A DNA stretch of 51,388 bases, counting the filler, from Jimgerdemannia flammicorona (lineage: Eukaryota): assembly GCA_003990765.1 (NCBI GenBank). It is 2 parts of 2 records of this genome, joined end to end, with 100 filler letters (N's around TTAATTAATTAA, not from the genome) between each part and the next. Parts side by side here need not be neighbours in the genome. Positions count along the whole stretch, not along the records: positions 1 to 25,651 come from RBNJ01000806.1; 1 more part is not named here. One strand, written 5' to 3'. Shown here piece by piece: positions 1 to 13,119 of this stretch. How positions within the stretch are numbered: position 1 is the stretch's first letter; every line of letters begins with the position of its first letter. The notes beneath the pieces are model-generated. The model saw nothing but the letters and a program-made list of their open reading frames with translations. It was not told the origin of the DNA and ran no database searches. A program made the translations under genes and the position numbers.

Positions 1-1194
1 AAAAAACAAAAAAAGATTTAATAGTTATCAAATGATATTTAGAAAGTATAATTATTGACCAGATTGTGATGTGAATGATCAGAGAGAAAAAGCTGTCTTT
101 ACTCAGATTTTACTTAGATTTCAACAAAGTATACTCATAAGAAAGTTTTTTATAATAGAGGGTAATTATATATAATATAAACTATCATTATGCTCAATAA
201 AAGAGATATCAATAAACCTAAAAATAATTTCCAGAGATTTTTCAGACTAGCTATATAGTGAGCTATTAGGTTGGTAGACAATTTCTAAGACTATTTATTA
301 GGCTTCTAAAAAAAATTTTAATGGAACTTTCCCTGTATCCTTAAATAGATTCTAGTTATATTAGTCATCAATAGCTGTAATACAGTACTAAAATTTCTTG
401 AATACAATGATACTAGGGGAATATATGATATTTGTAGAAGAGTTCTTTGGGAGAACTTTTATAGAATAAAGGTGGATTGGAGATTATTTCTGCCTAATAA
501 TAGACATTGGAGCTAAGAAGATAGAGTATGATAAATTAGCTATTACTTTGATAATTTTGGTCACCCATTTCTGTGACTGCCTATGATGGATAATGGATCT
601 CATATCTTGTAATTATAAGTAGTGGAGGCAGAGTACCAAATAATAGCAGGCAAGATAACATAGGTGTTACCCTAGGGTATGGGATCTTTTTGACTTTCTG
701 GACCTAATAGATTACTTTTAGAGGACCCTTAAATATAGTATTGTATAGTATATAGAGATAGAGAAGTAATTTAACATTTGATACTTAGTACAAGTCATAC
801 CATATACTTTGAAACTATGGATTTTGCTTCTACCTTTTCTACTCTTACCTCTTCTACCCCCACTCTATCTCCAGCCACCACAACTGCCCCCCCCACCTCT
901 GCCCCCACCATGCCATCACTGTTCTCTATCCTTGGTACCTTAATATAGTTTTCTTCTTAATTTCTTCTTTATCACCTGGTGCTCTTTCTATCTCCTTATC
1001 ATCACTACTATTGTCTAGTGTATCTGCTACTTTGTCTTTATCACTGTCTTCTGAAGGTATCATCTCATTGCTATCTTCTGGAGAGGCCATCTTGTTACTG
1101 TCTTCAAGAGAGATCATCTCATTGCCATCTTCTAGTATATATATTGTCTTTTAGCCTAGTATCTCTATTGTTATCATTATTATCATTACTATAT

Positions 1195-2820
1195 CTGTAC
1201 TCATCAATGTGCCCATCTGTCCCAAACTCATTGATGCCCAAAACTCATTAATGCTCCAAACTCATTGATACTCTGAATTCATCAATACTATACCCTGGAC
1301 TTACCAGCACCCTGAACTCATTAATGCTCTGAACTTATCAATATTATGAACTCATTGATACCCCAAACTCATCAATATATCCATTTTACTCATAAATTGA
1401 CCTATTCTATCAAATATATCTAGTTCCTTTTAATTTGTCTGAGGCCTTGTCTATTCATTTTTTCTGGTATCTCTATTGTTATAATTATTATCATTACTGT
1501 ATCCAAACTCATCAACATGCCCATCTGCCCCAAACTCATCAATGCTCTGAACTTATCAATGCTCTGAATTTATGTTCTGAACTCATTGACACTCTGAACT
1601 CATCAATATATATACCTATCTGCCCCAAACTCATCAACATATCCATCTGCTCCAAACTCATCAATATGTCCATCTGCCCCAAACTTATTGATGTCCTGAA
1701 ATTATTGACACTCTGAACTCATTGATACCCTGAACTCATCCATATCTCAAACTCATCAAAACCCTGGGCTCATTAGCACTCTGAACTTATTGATGCTCTG
1801 AACTCATCAATGCCCTGAACTCATTGAAATCTCAAACTCATCAATGCCCTAAACTCATTAAAATCCCAAACCCATCAATGTCCTTATTGATACTCCAAAC
1901 TCATTAATATGTCCATTTTTCTCATATTGAATTAGCATGTTCTATCAGATATATTGGTTTCTTATAATTTTTTTGGAGCCTTGTCCATCTATTCATAAAT
2001 ATTTTTTCTAATATCCCTGTTGTCATAATTATTATTATTACTGTATCTAAACTCATTAACATGTCCATCTGCTCAAAATTCATCAATATCCCCAACTCAT
2101 TGATATACTTATGTCCATTATCTCATCTAATTCTCTGTTGCTTTTTCTGAACTCATTGATATACCCATTAATGCCCCAAATTCATTGATGCCCTGAACTC
2201 ATTGATGCCCCAAACTCATCAATGCCCTGAACTTATTGATGCCTCAAACTCATCAATATGCCTATTTCTCTCATTAATTGACCTGTTCTATCAAGTATAT
2301 CTGGTTTTTTTTAATTTGTCTAGGGCCTTATCTATCCATCTATACATTTTATCTCGTATCTCTATTATTATAATTGCTATCATTGCTATATTCAAACTCA
2401 TCAATATGCCCATCTGCCCTAAACTCATTGATGCTCCAATATGTCTATATCCATTATCTCATCTGATTCCCTGTTGCTTTTTCTGAACTCATCAATATAT
2501 TCATTTCTCTCATGATTGGTCTGTTCTCTCAGGTATGTCTGGTTCTTTTTAATTTATCTGAGGTCTTGTCCATCTATTTATAGATATTTTTTCTAGTATC
2601 TCTGTTATTATAATTATTATTATTACTATATTCAAACTCATTGATGTCTTGAACTTATTAATACTATGAACTCATCAATGTGCTGAACTTATCAATACCC
2701 CAAACTCATCAATGCTCTGAACTCATCAATACTCTGAACTTATCAATACCCCAAACTCATCAATGCTCTAAACTCATCAATATCCTGAACTCATTGATAT
2801 TCCAAACTCATTGATATGCT
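1195..2820 (+). repeat. Degenerate 17-bp tandem array (family A, ~AACTCATCAATGCCCTG) with a higher-order repeated block
   Basis: Dozens of copies of ctcatcaatgccctgaa / ctcattgatgccccaaa. A longer block (ttctc..tgacctgttctatca..tttaatttgtct..ggccttgtccat) recurs at ~1385, ~1918, ~2265 and ~2503. Boundaries approximate. Confidence 0.85.
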
Positions 2821-3699
2821 TATTTCTCACATTAAATTGCTTATTTCTGCTGTTTCTGTTTTTACTGTATCATTATTATTATCACTATATCTTTGTTATT
2901 ACTAGTCTCTGCTATCCATCCAAATATACCATGATACTCTATCTCTTCACTATCCTTTTTCTTACCACTATTGCTATCTGGTATCTCTTTGTTACCTACT
3001 GCCTCTTTATCATTATTACTACTAGTTTTATTCTCTCAAACTGGCAATAGTCCCAATAGTCTATCTAAGCTTGGAAAGATTTATGGAATTGATCTTGACT
3101 TGGTACATTCTCAACCTCCTATTAGTAAACTTAAAGCTATTATAGAGACTATCAACAAATACCTACCACTTGGAATGAGAAAATTATGTAAAATAAAAAA
3201 AAAGCAGAATTTATTTGATGGTTTGTTTGATCTTTATGAAGTTCCTAATGATGAGTGAATGATATAGCCAATCTCAAAAGATCAGTAATAGCAAAATTAA
3301 GCTAAAGAGTTTACAATAATTGATTTTGGATAGAAAAATATAGAAAAATCATAGAATAGACAATTAGATAAAAAGTCATTTCAGATTATTTATATTCAAG
3401 TTATGAAGATAAAGTTTGGCAAAGAGGAGTATTAATAAGAAGAGTACAAATACCAATTATAGAGTCAACTGTCATTACAAAACCAGAGCCACTAGTACTA
3501 ATAGCACTATATTATATTTTAAAGGTACTAACTGTATATACTGTAGAGGAAGCAATATTATAAGTAGAAAGTGGACTTATTGCAGAATTTAGAAATAAAT
3601 ATAGCAGCAACAAGAAGGCTTGGAAATCAATAAAGAAAATAGTTAATAAATATATTCTAAGTTGAAAATTTATTATAATAGAGTAGTGAGTGAGTATAG

Positions 3700-4160
3700 T
3701 ATATAGTATCACTTCAGCTTGAGATTGGATAAACAATAGATATATACTGCCCCAGCCTGAGTTTGGGTGAATGATGGACATATATATACCACCTTAGCCT
3801 AATATATTACTTCAGCTTGAGATTAGGTGAATGATAGTCATATATACTGCTTCAGCTTGAGATCAGGTAAATGATAGATATATATACTACTTTAGCTTGA
3901 GACCAGGTGAATAATAGACATATGCTGCCCTAGTCCAATATATTGCTTTAGCTTGAGATTAGATGAATGATGGACATATATACCACTTCAGTTTAAGATC
4001 AAGTGAATGATAGTTATATGCCACCCCCATTCAATATGCTGCTTCAGCTTGAGATTGTATGAACAATGGATATATATATTACTTCAGCTTGAGACTGGGT
4101 GAATAATAGACATATATTACCCTATTCTGATATACTACTTCAGCTTTGAGATTGGATTGG
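3700..4160 (+). repeat. Tandem array family B (~40/60-bp units, core CTTCAGCTTGAGATTGGGTGAATGAT)
   Basis: Repeated cttcagcttgaga(t/c)(t/c)(g/a)g..gaa..at..acatat units; boundaries approximate. Confidence 0.85.
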
Positions 4161-4449
4161 AGCCAGAATATACTTTATTACTATAATTAATTTCTTAAAC
4201 TAAATAACTAATTAATCAATCAACTATATTATATTATAGAAATTATATAAGGAATATATTCTCCATGAAAAAGATTTTCTTCATCTATATACTGATTATA
4301 GACTTACTACTGATCAAAATACTAGTTACTAATAACTGATCTCAAAAATTGAACATAGATGGGCACAGACTAAGATAGATATTCAAGAATGATATATATA
4401 TTTAGAAGTATATTTAATAATTACAATTTATTATTTTTATATATCTTAG

Positions 4450-6800
4450 ATTAAAAACATATACTATGCTATTGATTTTGAAGTACAAAAGCTACTTGAA
4501 GAAGAACAGACTATAGTTGAATGTGATCTTTTAGATAAAGAAGATGAGATTGCAGAACAAGAGGTATTTAATAGACAAAATATAGTATATTCTGATGCAA
4601 TTCTTGCAGAAGCTACTTTAGAAGAATCTAGAAAAGCTATTAGATTTGACTTTACTCAATATGCAGCTCAAAAAGAGATTTAGGATATTGCTCTATATAC
4701 TCTTACTCAATATACCAGATAATATATATTAGTAATATTGATTAAATATATATATATAAAGAAGATTTATATTTATGAGATTTTTTATTAAATATATTTA
4801 GAATCTAGAATCTATATGAAGAATTTCAAGCAATACAATATAAAGAGCTCTTTAATGAGACATTTAAGCCTAATATTATAACAGAATAAACATCTTCAGA
4901 TATTTGTATATATATATATATATATTTCAACAATGTGATTTTCTAGACAAAACAGATAAATAAGGTAATAAGCTTGGCTGTCAGAGTAGAACAGTAAGTT
5001 TTATTTATTATTTATTAAATATTTTTATTAGTCAAATTATTAAGTTATTAAATAATTTATTTATATATTTAAATTATAGTATTTAACTACAATGACATTT
5101 TACTCAGCTGTTAGCTGAAATTATAATAAAATTATACAATAGTCTAATCAAAGATGTTACTTTGATTTAATACAAGGTGGATGAAACAGGAATCCATTTT
5201 TATCTTGTGAAGTTAGTAGATATATATGTAGCCTTTATAAGTGAAAAGCTCAAAATAGTAAAGCTATAGAGTCTGTATATATATTGAAGCTTGAAGATAT
5301 GAAATATTTATATAATTATTTTTAGAAAAATAGAGCAATTAATGTCTGCCAATATGTGGGTATTATTATATTATATTTTACATTTCTCTGGTATATTAGA
5401 AATATGTAGATATAAGAATAAAGACAATGGGTACATTAATGAGTTTAGGGCAGATATAGATCAATAAGTTTGGAGCAGATGTCTAAAATAGTCACCTGAT
5501 CTTAAGCTAAAGTGGTATATCAGACTGGAGTGGTATATATCTATCATTTACTTAGTCTCAAGCTGAAGTAGTATATATATCTATTATTCATCTGATCTCA
5601 AGCTGAAGTGGTATATATATCTATCATTCATCCAATCTCAAGCTAAAGTTTCATATTAGGCTGATGTAACATATATGTATCTATCATTCACTTAGTTTTA
5701 AGCATATATGTCCATCTTTTACCTGATCTCAAGCTAAAGTACCATATTGGACTAGGGTGACATATATCCATCATTCATCTAATCTTAAGCTGAAGCAGTA
5801 TATCAGACTGAGGTAGTATATATCTATTATTTACTCAGTCTCAAGATGAAGTAGCATATATGTCTATTATTTACTCAATCTTAAGCTAAAGCAGAATATT
5901 AGGCTGGGGTGGTATATATCTATATTCACTAATCTCAAGCAGAAGTAGTATATTGGACTAGGGTGATATATGTCTATTATTTATCTGATTTCAAGCTAAA
6001 GTGACATATTGGGCTGAGGTGACATATGTTCATTATTTATTCAATCTTAAGCTAAAGTGACATATGTTCATTATTTACCCAATATCAAGCTGATATGACA
6101 TATATCCATTATTCTCCCAATCTTAAGCTAGAGTGATATATATCTATCATTCTCTTGCAAATTTCATAGGTAATGGAGATAATTACTAATAAGTTTTACA
6201 ATTATATATAATATCTATTTTTCTATCTATGTCTTCTTTGTAGAGAGAAAGTAATGAAGATTGATCAAATAAATATTGAATATAGAAAAAGTATATTATT
6301 TTAATATTGAATTTTTACAAAACAGCTCAAAAAGATGATATGTAAGTATAAAAGTATATATTTAAAATGAGTAAACAATCAAGATTATTACTATAATATT
6401 CATTTTATTTTTAGAATAATAGGTGTTAAGCCATTTGTTCTTCATCAAAATGACCACAACAAATATCTCTATTCTCTGTATGTATTTCTCAGTTAGAGAC
6501 ATTTCCATGGAACTTCTGCTGGCTTTTTTTTTCTACTAATAGATTGAATTAACTGCCTTAATTTGCACTACTCACTGAGCTACAAATCTTTTAAAGATCA
6601 GTTTGAATATAATTTGCAAGCTATTGAAATTGCAAAATGGTATCTATTTGATACTTATTTTGATATAGTAGATATCAATACTATTACTACTATATAGACC
6701 TATTAAAGCAAATTAGTGAAATTTGTGAATGGTATGGATAGAGCAAAGAATTTGATAATATAACTATTTTTTGTTATTTGAAAAATAAATATAATATCAA
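4450..6800 (+). pseudogene. Intron-containing tyrosine recombinase remnant (Crypton-like YR transposon), heavily C>T/G>A mutated
   Basis: Manual translation, reverted residues in brackets: 5176-5320 GG*NRNPFLSCEVSRY..L..*KAQ....ES....KLEDMKYLY; 6221-6260 FYLCLL[R]RE[E]V (catalytic Arg box); ~6300-6337 LILNF[R]KTAQK; 6422+ GVKPFVLH; ~6647-6682 F[G]T[H][S]..[RRGGC]QY; ~6721-6780 ICEW.G[W]SKEFDNITIF[R]YL (catalytic Tyr). Motif order matches fungal YR domains. Not in the ORF track because of stops. Confidence 0.72.
5495..6150 (-). repeat. Tandem array family B, inverted, inside an apparent intron of the YR pseudogene
   Basis: Repeated tcattcacccaatctcaagctgaagt, the reverse complement of the family B core. 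Confidence 0.85.
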
Positions 6801-6934
6801 ATAAAGGATAAGGGACAATTTTACCTGACCTTATAGAAAGAGAAGATTTGAAGAGAATTAGTATATAAATAATTTAATAAATATAATTATTATGATGAGA
6901 GTAAATTCTGACCATAATAAATGAGATTTCATAT

Positions 6935-8330
6935 AAGATTAGGTAAAAGATGGATATATACTACTTCAGTTTGAGATTTGATAAATGATGGATATATGCC
7001 ACTTTAGCTTGAGATTGAGTAAATGATGAATATATACTGCCTTAGTCTGATATACTATTTCAGCTTAAGATTGGATGAATGATGAATATATGCTACCTCA
7101 GTCTGATATACTGTTTCAGCTTAAGATTAGATGAATGATAGACATATACTACTTCAGCTTGAGATCAGATGAATGATGAATATATACTGCTTCAACTTAA
7201 GATTAGGTGAACAATATACATATGCCACCCTAGTCCAATATGCTGCTTCAGCTTGAGATTAGGTAAATGATATATATATACTATCTCAAATAGTATACAA
7301 ATACTACTCTAGCCCAATATGCCACTTCAACTTGAGATTGAATAAATGATATATATATACTACCTTAGTTCAATATATTGCTTCAGTTTGAGATTAGGTG
7401 AACAATGAATATATACATATACCACTTTATCTTGAGATTAGATAAATGATAAACATATATCACTCTAGCCCAATATATTACTTTAGCTTGAGATTGGGTG
7501 AATGATAGATATATATGCCACTTTAGCTTGAGACTAGGTGAATGATAGACATATTTTGTTACAGCTTAAGATTGGGTGAATAGTATACATATGTTGTCCC
7601 AGTCCAATATGCTGCTTCAGCTTAAGATTAGGTAAATAATATATATATATCACTTTAGCCTGATATGTCACTTTAACTTAAGATTAGATAAAAAATAGAC
7701 ATATATACTATATCAGCTTGAGATTAGGTGAAGATATATATATGCTACTCTAGCCCAATATATTGCTTCAACTTAAGATTAGGTAAATGATAAACATATA
7801 CTACCTCAGTCCAATATACTACTTTAGCTTGAGATCAGGTAAACAATGGACATATATACCACTTTAGCTTGAGACCAGATGAACAATAGACTTATACTAC
7901 TCCAGTCTGATATGCTACTTTAGCTTGAGATCAGGGAAATGATGGACATATTTCACCCCAGTCTGATATGTCACTTCAGCTTGAGATTAGATAAATGATG
8001 GACATATATACCACATCAGCTTGAGACCAGATGAACAATGAACATATACTACCTCAGTTGGATATACTGCTTTAGCTTGATATTGGGTGAATAATAGATA
8101 TATGCTACCTCAGCTCAATATACCACTTTACCTAACCCTAGCTCTAATTATTATCTGGACATAAATACAATGGACAGCTTGAAGTACAGATGGTCAGATG
8201 GTTACATTAGATGTGAATACTTAGGAGAATAATGAATATATATCACTTTTGCTTATGATTAGGTAAGCTACTTTAGCTTAAGATTGAATAAATAATGGAC
8301 AGATACTACTTCAGCTATGAGATTGGGTCA
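6935..8330 (+). repeat. Long tandem array family B
   Basis: More than 20 copies of the cttcagcttgagatt core in the same orientation as 3700-4160. Confidence 0.88.
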
Positions 8331-8962
8331 AGGGACATGAAGACCAAACTGACATCAATGTGAAATTTTTTCTAAAAACTCTTCAAAAGATTGTGTAAGA
8401 CTTACATATATATAATATTATAAAAAAATTCACCCCTAATAGTGCTATTATATAATAGATAAAATATCTAAGAAAATAAAAAATGTATAGTATATTTTAC
8501 ATATAGATAGAGAGACTATGAGCAGAATTTTTCTGCAATACTCTAATCATCTGATTTGCTGCTTAATTAGCACAGAGTACCGCTTTATTCCTTTTTTTTT
8601 TTTTTCCACACTTCGCGCGGGGGCTTAGAGTTCTTGGATCGGTTTTCTTCCTCAAAAAACAGTCATCCTTTGGCACCCCACCCGGCTTTTTCTGGGCCAC
8701 CAGAATTATGACTCGGGACCGTCGGTACCCTGAGGCGAAATATTTCCCATTTCTGTGACTGCCCAAGACGGTTAACAGATCTCGTATATACCTTGTATAT
8801 ATTTTTCAACGTCATCCCTTGTTCTTTGTTATTCCTTCACAAACTGTCTCGGATGCCTAGCTGAATCATTAAGTAAGGTCCTGATCTCTTTTCATTTCCA
8901 ACTTCACACTCTGACCTTGGTTATTCTTTCGCTCATTCTCTGTCCATTTTTTAGATTTCAAA

Positions 8963-11346
8963 ATGGTCGATATTGTTACCCTCACTTGTTACATTCCCAG
9001 CACGTGGTCCATCTTTGACATCATCATTGAGAAGGCGCACTCCGTTGCAAATCTCAAGCACCATCTATGGGAAAGGAAGGCATCGACTTTCCCCGACACT
9101 GACCCAGATGATCTCCAAATCTGGCATGTGAATATTTCTTGCGATTCTAACAATGCCACCTTCGATGCTCTTCAGCGCGAATACAGACCAGACATTGAGT
9201 TGCTTGGAGGTGAGGAATTACATCCAACGCAGAAATTATTTGAGGCATTTTTCAATGTCCCCCAAGAAGGAAGACATATTCATGTGATCATGGTGGCTCC
9301 TGGTACGTCTATTTTTTTTTTTCGTTACTTTATTAGATTGTGATTAGATTTGCTTTTTATTTCTATCTTCGCGTGTCCTTTCTTCGGGAACTCGATTAGT
9401 ACTCTTATCTGTTTCTCTCTGTAACCGTGCTTTCGCTGCTTCAATTCTCCTTAACTATCAACACATCAAGTTACGTGCATACTCTAATTAGGGTTTGGGA
9501 AGAAAAGAACTGCAAAGAGTGGAGAGGATATGCAAAAGTTCACAGAACTAGGGTTTCCAAAGACTTTCGTATTCCGTGTCTATGTATATATCTATTTTTA
9601 CTGAAGCTTTATATTTTGTTTCTTATATTTTATTTCACATTCTACATGGATTCTGCCCTATTCGTTCATTAGTGCTGTGGTACCGGTGGGAGAACCTAAA
9701 GGAACCTGGGACATTATCAACAAAATTGTTGACTAAATGCGTCAATTTGGGAGGCCTTGTCGTTGAACTTTCTTACAGTAACCTGTACGCCAAAAACCTT
9801 AATCCATTTGAGATCTTCTTTGTTGAAAGTGATGATCTCCGCTGCACCAAAATCCTTCGCAGAGGCATTCCCCTTTGTGAGCTGAAAACATCTGACGAAT
9901 CTCCTGTCATCATTCGTTTTCCATTCTCGGGGCGTTCCGGTGAGCCAAGTTATTTCTCTCTCTCTGATAGTGTCAGTAACCTAAACAACATGGTTTTACT
10001 TTTTATACGCATTTGTAATTAAGCCATTGCTTATTCGACTTCATCGTACCTTGTAGTATATATGAACCTCACATTTCTCAACGTTCCCGTTGAGATAATT
10101 CTTGGCCACGATACCGGGACATGGCATATGCTTTTGAATGGCACCAAGAAGAAATATCCGAAGTTGGAAGAGGCCGAGAATGAAATCTACTATGTTGACG
10201 CAAAGAAAAATATTATCGAAAATGATTTTACTTTCAACAACTATTTGAAGAATGCTCCCTTGAGCGATCAAGATGAAATTTTTCTCACTTTTTTTGTTCG
10301 AATCAAAGGTGCCTTTATTTTTATTTTTATTTTATTTTATTTTATTTTTTTTTCGAATTTGTAAAAATGTTGCTGTACTGTTATGGAATTTTTACACTGC
10401 TCTTACATACTATTTCTTAACGCCCTTCGGATAGGCAAGAGAGTTTACGGCGAGTGGGACGCAAAAGACGTGATCCGGGAGATCTTGCACCAACAATACG
10501 CGAACATCACCTTCTTGCCTGAATTCGACATAGGTAAAGTTTTCACGTCACGGTCTTCCCATTTTTATTAATCAGCATTGTTACTGCATTACTGCATTTT
10601 TATTAATTGATTGGGATCTTTTCTCGTAGAGGACACCTTGGAGAACGAAGTCGAGATCACTGACGACGATAAGCAGACTTTCGTCACTGCCCTCAACGAA
10701 ATTACAAAAGCATTCCATAATTTTGTAACCAGCAACGAAGCTACAGTGTGGAATTACATAAACCCTTTTATGACCAAGGCGGTTGCTATTGTCCAACATC
10801 AACATCCTTCAGCCCGTCTCGCAGTAGAAGTGGACTTTGATGGAAGTCGCGGCTTTGGACGTCTAGACTCTTGTGACGGAGGCCAAAATGACTGAAGTTA
10901 ATAAGGGAATAACACAAAATCTTGTACAACTTCATTCTGCGGCAGAGGTATGCAATGTTGTTGCTTTTAGACAGGTTCTACTTTATTTCTCCCTATTCAA
11001 GTCTCATTAAACCTTTCCAATTTAATTACATATTTCCCAGAATATTCGCAAATGCAAGCGTAAAGAGTCACATCACCCCACCGATTATCTCGCCAATGTG
11101 TATGGGATAGTCATGACTGGATTGGAGTTGCGATTCATCCGCTGGTCGGACACACTGGAATCCCTGAAGGTGGTTATTTCCAAACCTTACAGGTGTATAT
11201 TTAACAGAGAAGGCATAGAGGACGCCGAGAAGGTGCTCTCTATCATAATCCGCATTATTCATTCGCAAGCCATTGTCGTGGAATCACAAATCGGAAGCAG
11301 CGAAGGAATATATGACGTGGCAATGAAAAAAGATAATGTCCTATGA
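8963..11346 (+). pseudogene. Crinkler (CRN)-family effector-like gene: N-terminal ubiquitin-like CRN header plus C-terminal PD-(D/E)xK nuclease-like domain; frameshifted at ~10869
   Basis: Exon 1 (8963-9302) has LQIWHV (LxLWKV/LFLAK-equivalent) and HIHVIMVAP (HVLVxxP). GT-AG exons follow at about 9491, 9672, 10057, 10436, 10630-10947 and 11041-11346. The C-terminus has EATV..YI, G.RG.GRLD, EAK...G..QN..QL and YGIV.TG...RF. D (10866-68) and LVTEAK (10870-87) are out of frame by 1 nt. Confidence 0.8.
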
Positions 11347-11848
11347 CCATCTCAACGCCAATGCTCTGACAAGGACGACGAGGAAATCGTAGAACCTGAA
11401 CAAAGTCTTTTTGAGTGATACAGTATGGATGGAGGATTGTTTTGTGAAAATGTTTGAACTTGTCTCCTCTTCCTCTCATTTTGCTTGCGAATAGTTTTGT
11501 AATTGAATTTCTAATTGTCATGCTATGTTTTGTCAATGGAAGAAAGTCATCTCAGAATATTGTGTTTTAGTTTGAATTATGACATCTCTCTCAATAACAC
11601 GCTCTTCCAGAGTAGTCGAATATGGATACTGATGTGGTTTACAAATACAGAAAGATGCATAGTTGGTAATGTTCCTCAGAAAATAAATTGTTTCGTTAGT
11701 AATTGGCTTTGGTTTTGATGTTTGTAGTGAAGAATTTTTTACAATAATTCTATTTACATATATCTTAAGAGCAGTCCACCTATTTTAATAATATCAAAAT
11801 AATCTAGTACTCCATTTTTAAAATATTAAAATAACTATTTATAAGTAT

Positions 11849-13117
11849 TGTGACAAACCAAGACGTACTACCCGAATCATATCTTTACCAGATGACGCGA
11901 ACAAGATGACGTGAACACTCAGCTTAGTAACCAGCAACCATTTGCTGCGGAAACTGTATAAATAGCCAGACATACCAGAAAGGGTCTGTTTACCTGTACA
12001 GACTCTGTACACTGTACAGACTCTGTACACTGTACAGGTCCTGTACACCGTACAGACTCTGTACACCTGCCATAAGTAGCAGATCTATAGTTAGCCACAT
12101 AGTAACCAGATAGCAACCAACTTGTATAAATTACCCCAGTGGCGAGAGTGAATAAAACCTCAGTCCAAAATACAAACACCAAAGAAGTCTCTAAAGATTG
12201 AGCATTGGTCCCCTTTCCACTCCGGTCCACTTTCCGATACAAAGCTTGAAGATTTGCCGCCTAAGTTCAAGGAGAACTTCGCTGCCTTTGAAGAGAAACC
12301 CTTGGTTTGCTTGCCAGCTAAGCCTGAAGATTCCGCCTTTTCCGCCTTTCCAAGAAAGCTGCCTTGCTCAAGCCAGTTTCTGATGCAACTTCGCAGTGAT
12401 TCGTCGCGCAAACGAAGCCAGTCTTTGATGTAACTTTGCCAAGAGACCCTTTCCCAAAGAATGCCGCCAGTTTTATCTGCCATATTCCCAGTTAGAGCCG
12501 CCGATTCAGGAAGAATCCACGCCATTGTATTCCCAGAAAGAGCCATCTGAGTTATTTCCCAGAAACCTGCCGATTCAGGAGAATCCGTGCCATCCGACGT
12601 TTTCGAGTTATCCACATCCCCAGAAAACCCATGCCATCTGAGTAGTATTCCCAGTTGAAGCCAAAACTGCGACATCCGAGTTATTTGTCATTCCCAGTGA
12701 GCCCAAGTTATCTAGTTATCTGTCGCCATACATTCCCAGTGAGCCAAATCGAGTTATCCGCCAAGTTATCAGAACGTCCGCATAAGGAGAACCTTTAGAT
12801 TGTCAGACCATCACACCCAGAGATCGCATACTTTTGGAGATCGTCGCGCTACACAGAGATCGTCACCCAGAAATCGCTACACAAAATTGTACCATTCCCA
12901 GTTGACCCAAGAAGGAAGTCCATTCACACACAAATCGCCGCTACACCCAGAGAACCGTCCCAATAAGGAAATCGCTCGCACAGTATCCAGATCTTGACTA
13001 TTATACCGCTAAACACCAAGAACATTTTGTTGCTTTTAACAAAGTAACTGGGGGCTCAAGCCAAACTACATCAACCCCCAACCTTGTAATTTGCCTCCAT
13101 TGAGCCAGCACGTTACA
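11849..13117 (+). repeat. 5' LTR (1269 bp)
   Basis: Starts TGTGACA, ends CGTTACA, followed by the PBS; homologous to 20715-22016. Confidence 0.93.
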
Positions 13118-13119
13118 TT

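Noticed and set aside
1..830. Possible minus-strand LINE/RT remnant (a YLGV-like fragment near 720-740)
   Set aside because: Too degraded; only one weak motif after reversion, so it cannot be supported without a profile search.
926..3781. Short ORFs in the left AT-rich region
   Set aside because: Translations of tandem or low-complexity repeats with no recognisable domain.
8128..8145. CCTAACCCTA telomere-like motif
   Set aside because: Fewer than two full units and internal; insufficient evidence.
6935..8330. CRISPR-like appearance of regularly spaced repeats
   Set aside because: The spacers are themselves repeated and degenerate and the context is eukaryotic; this is a tandem array.
11839..12997. 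ORFs within the LTRs (e.g. 12160-12675 minus, 171 aa)
   Set aside because: Not kept in frame in the other LTR, partly derived from 18-bp repeats, and no domain signal.
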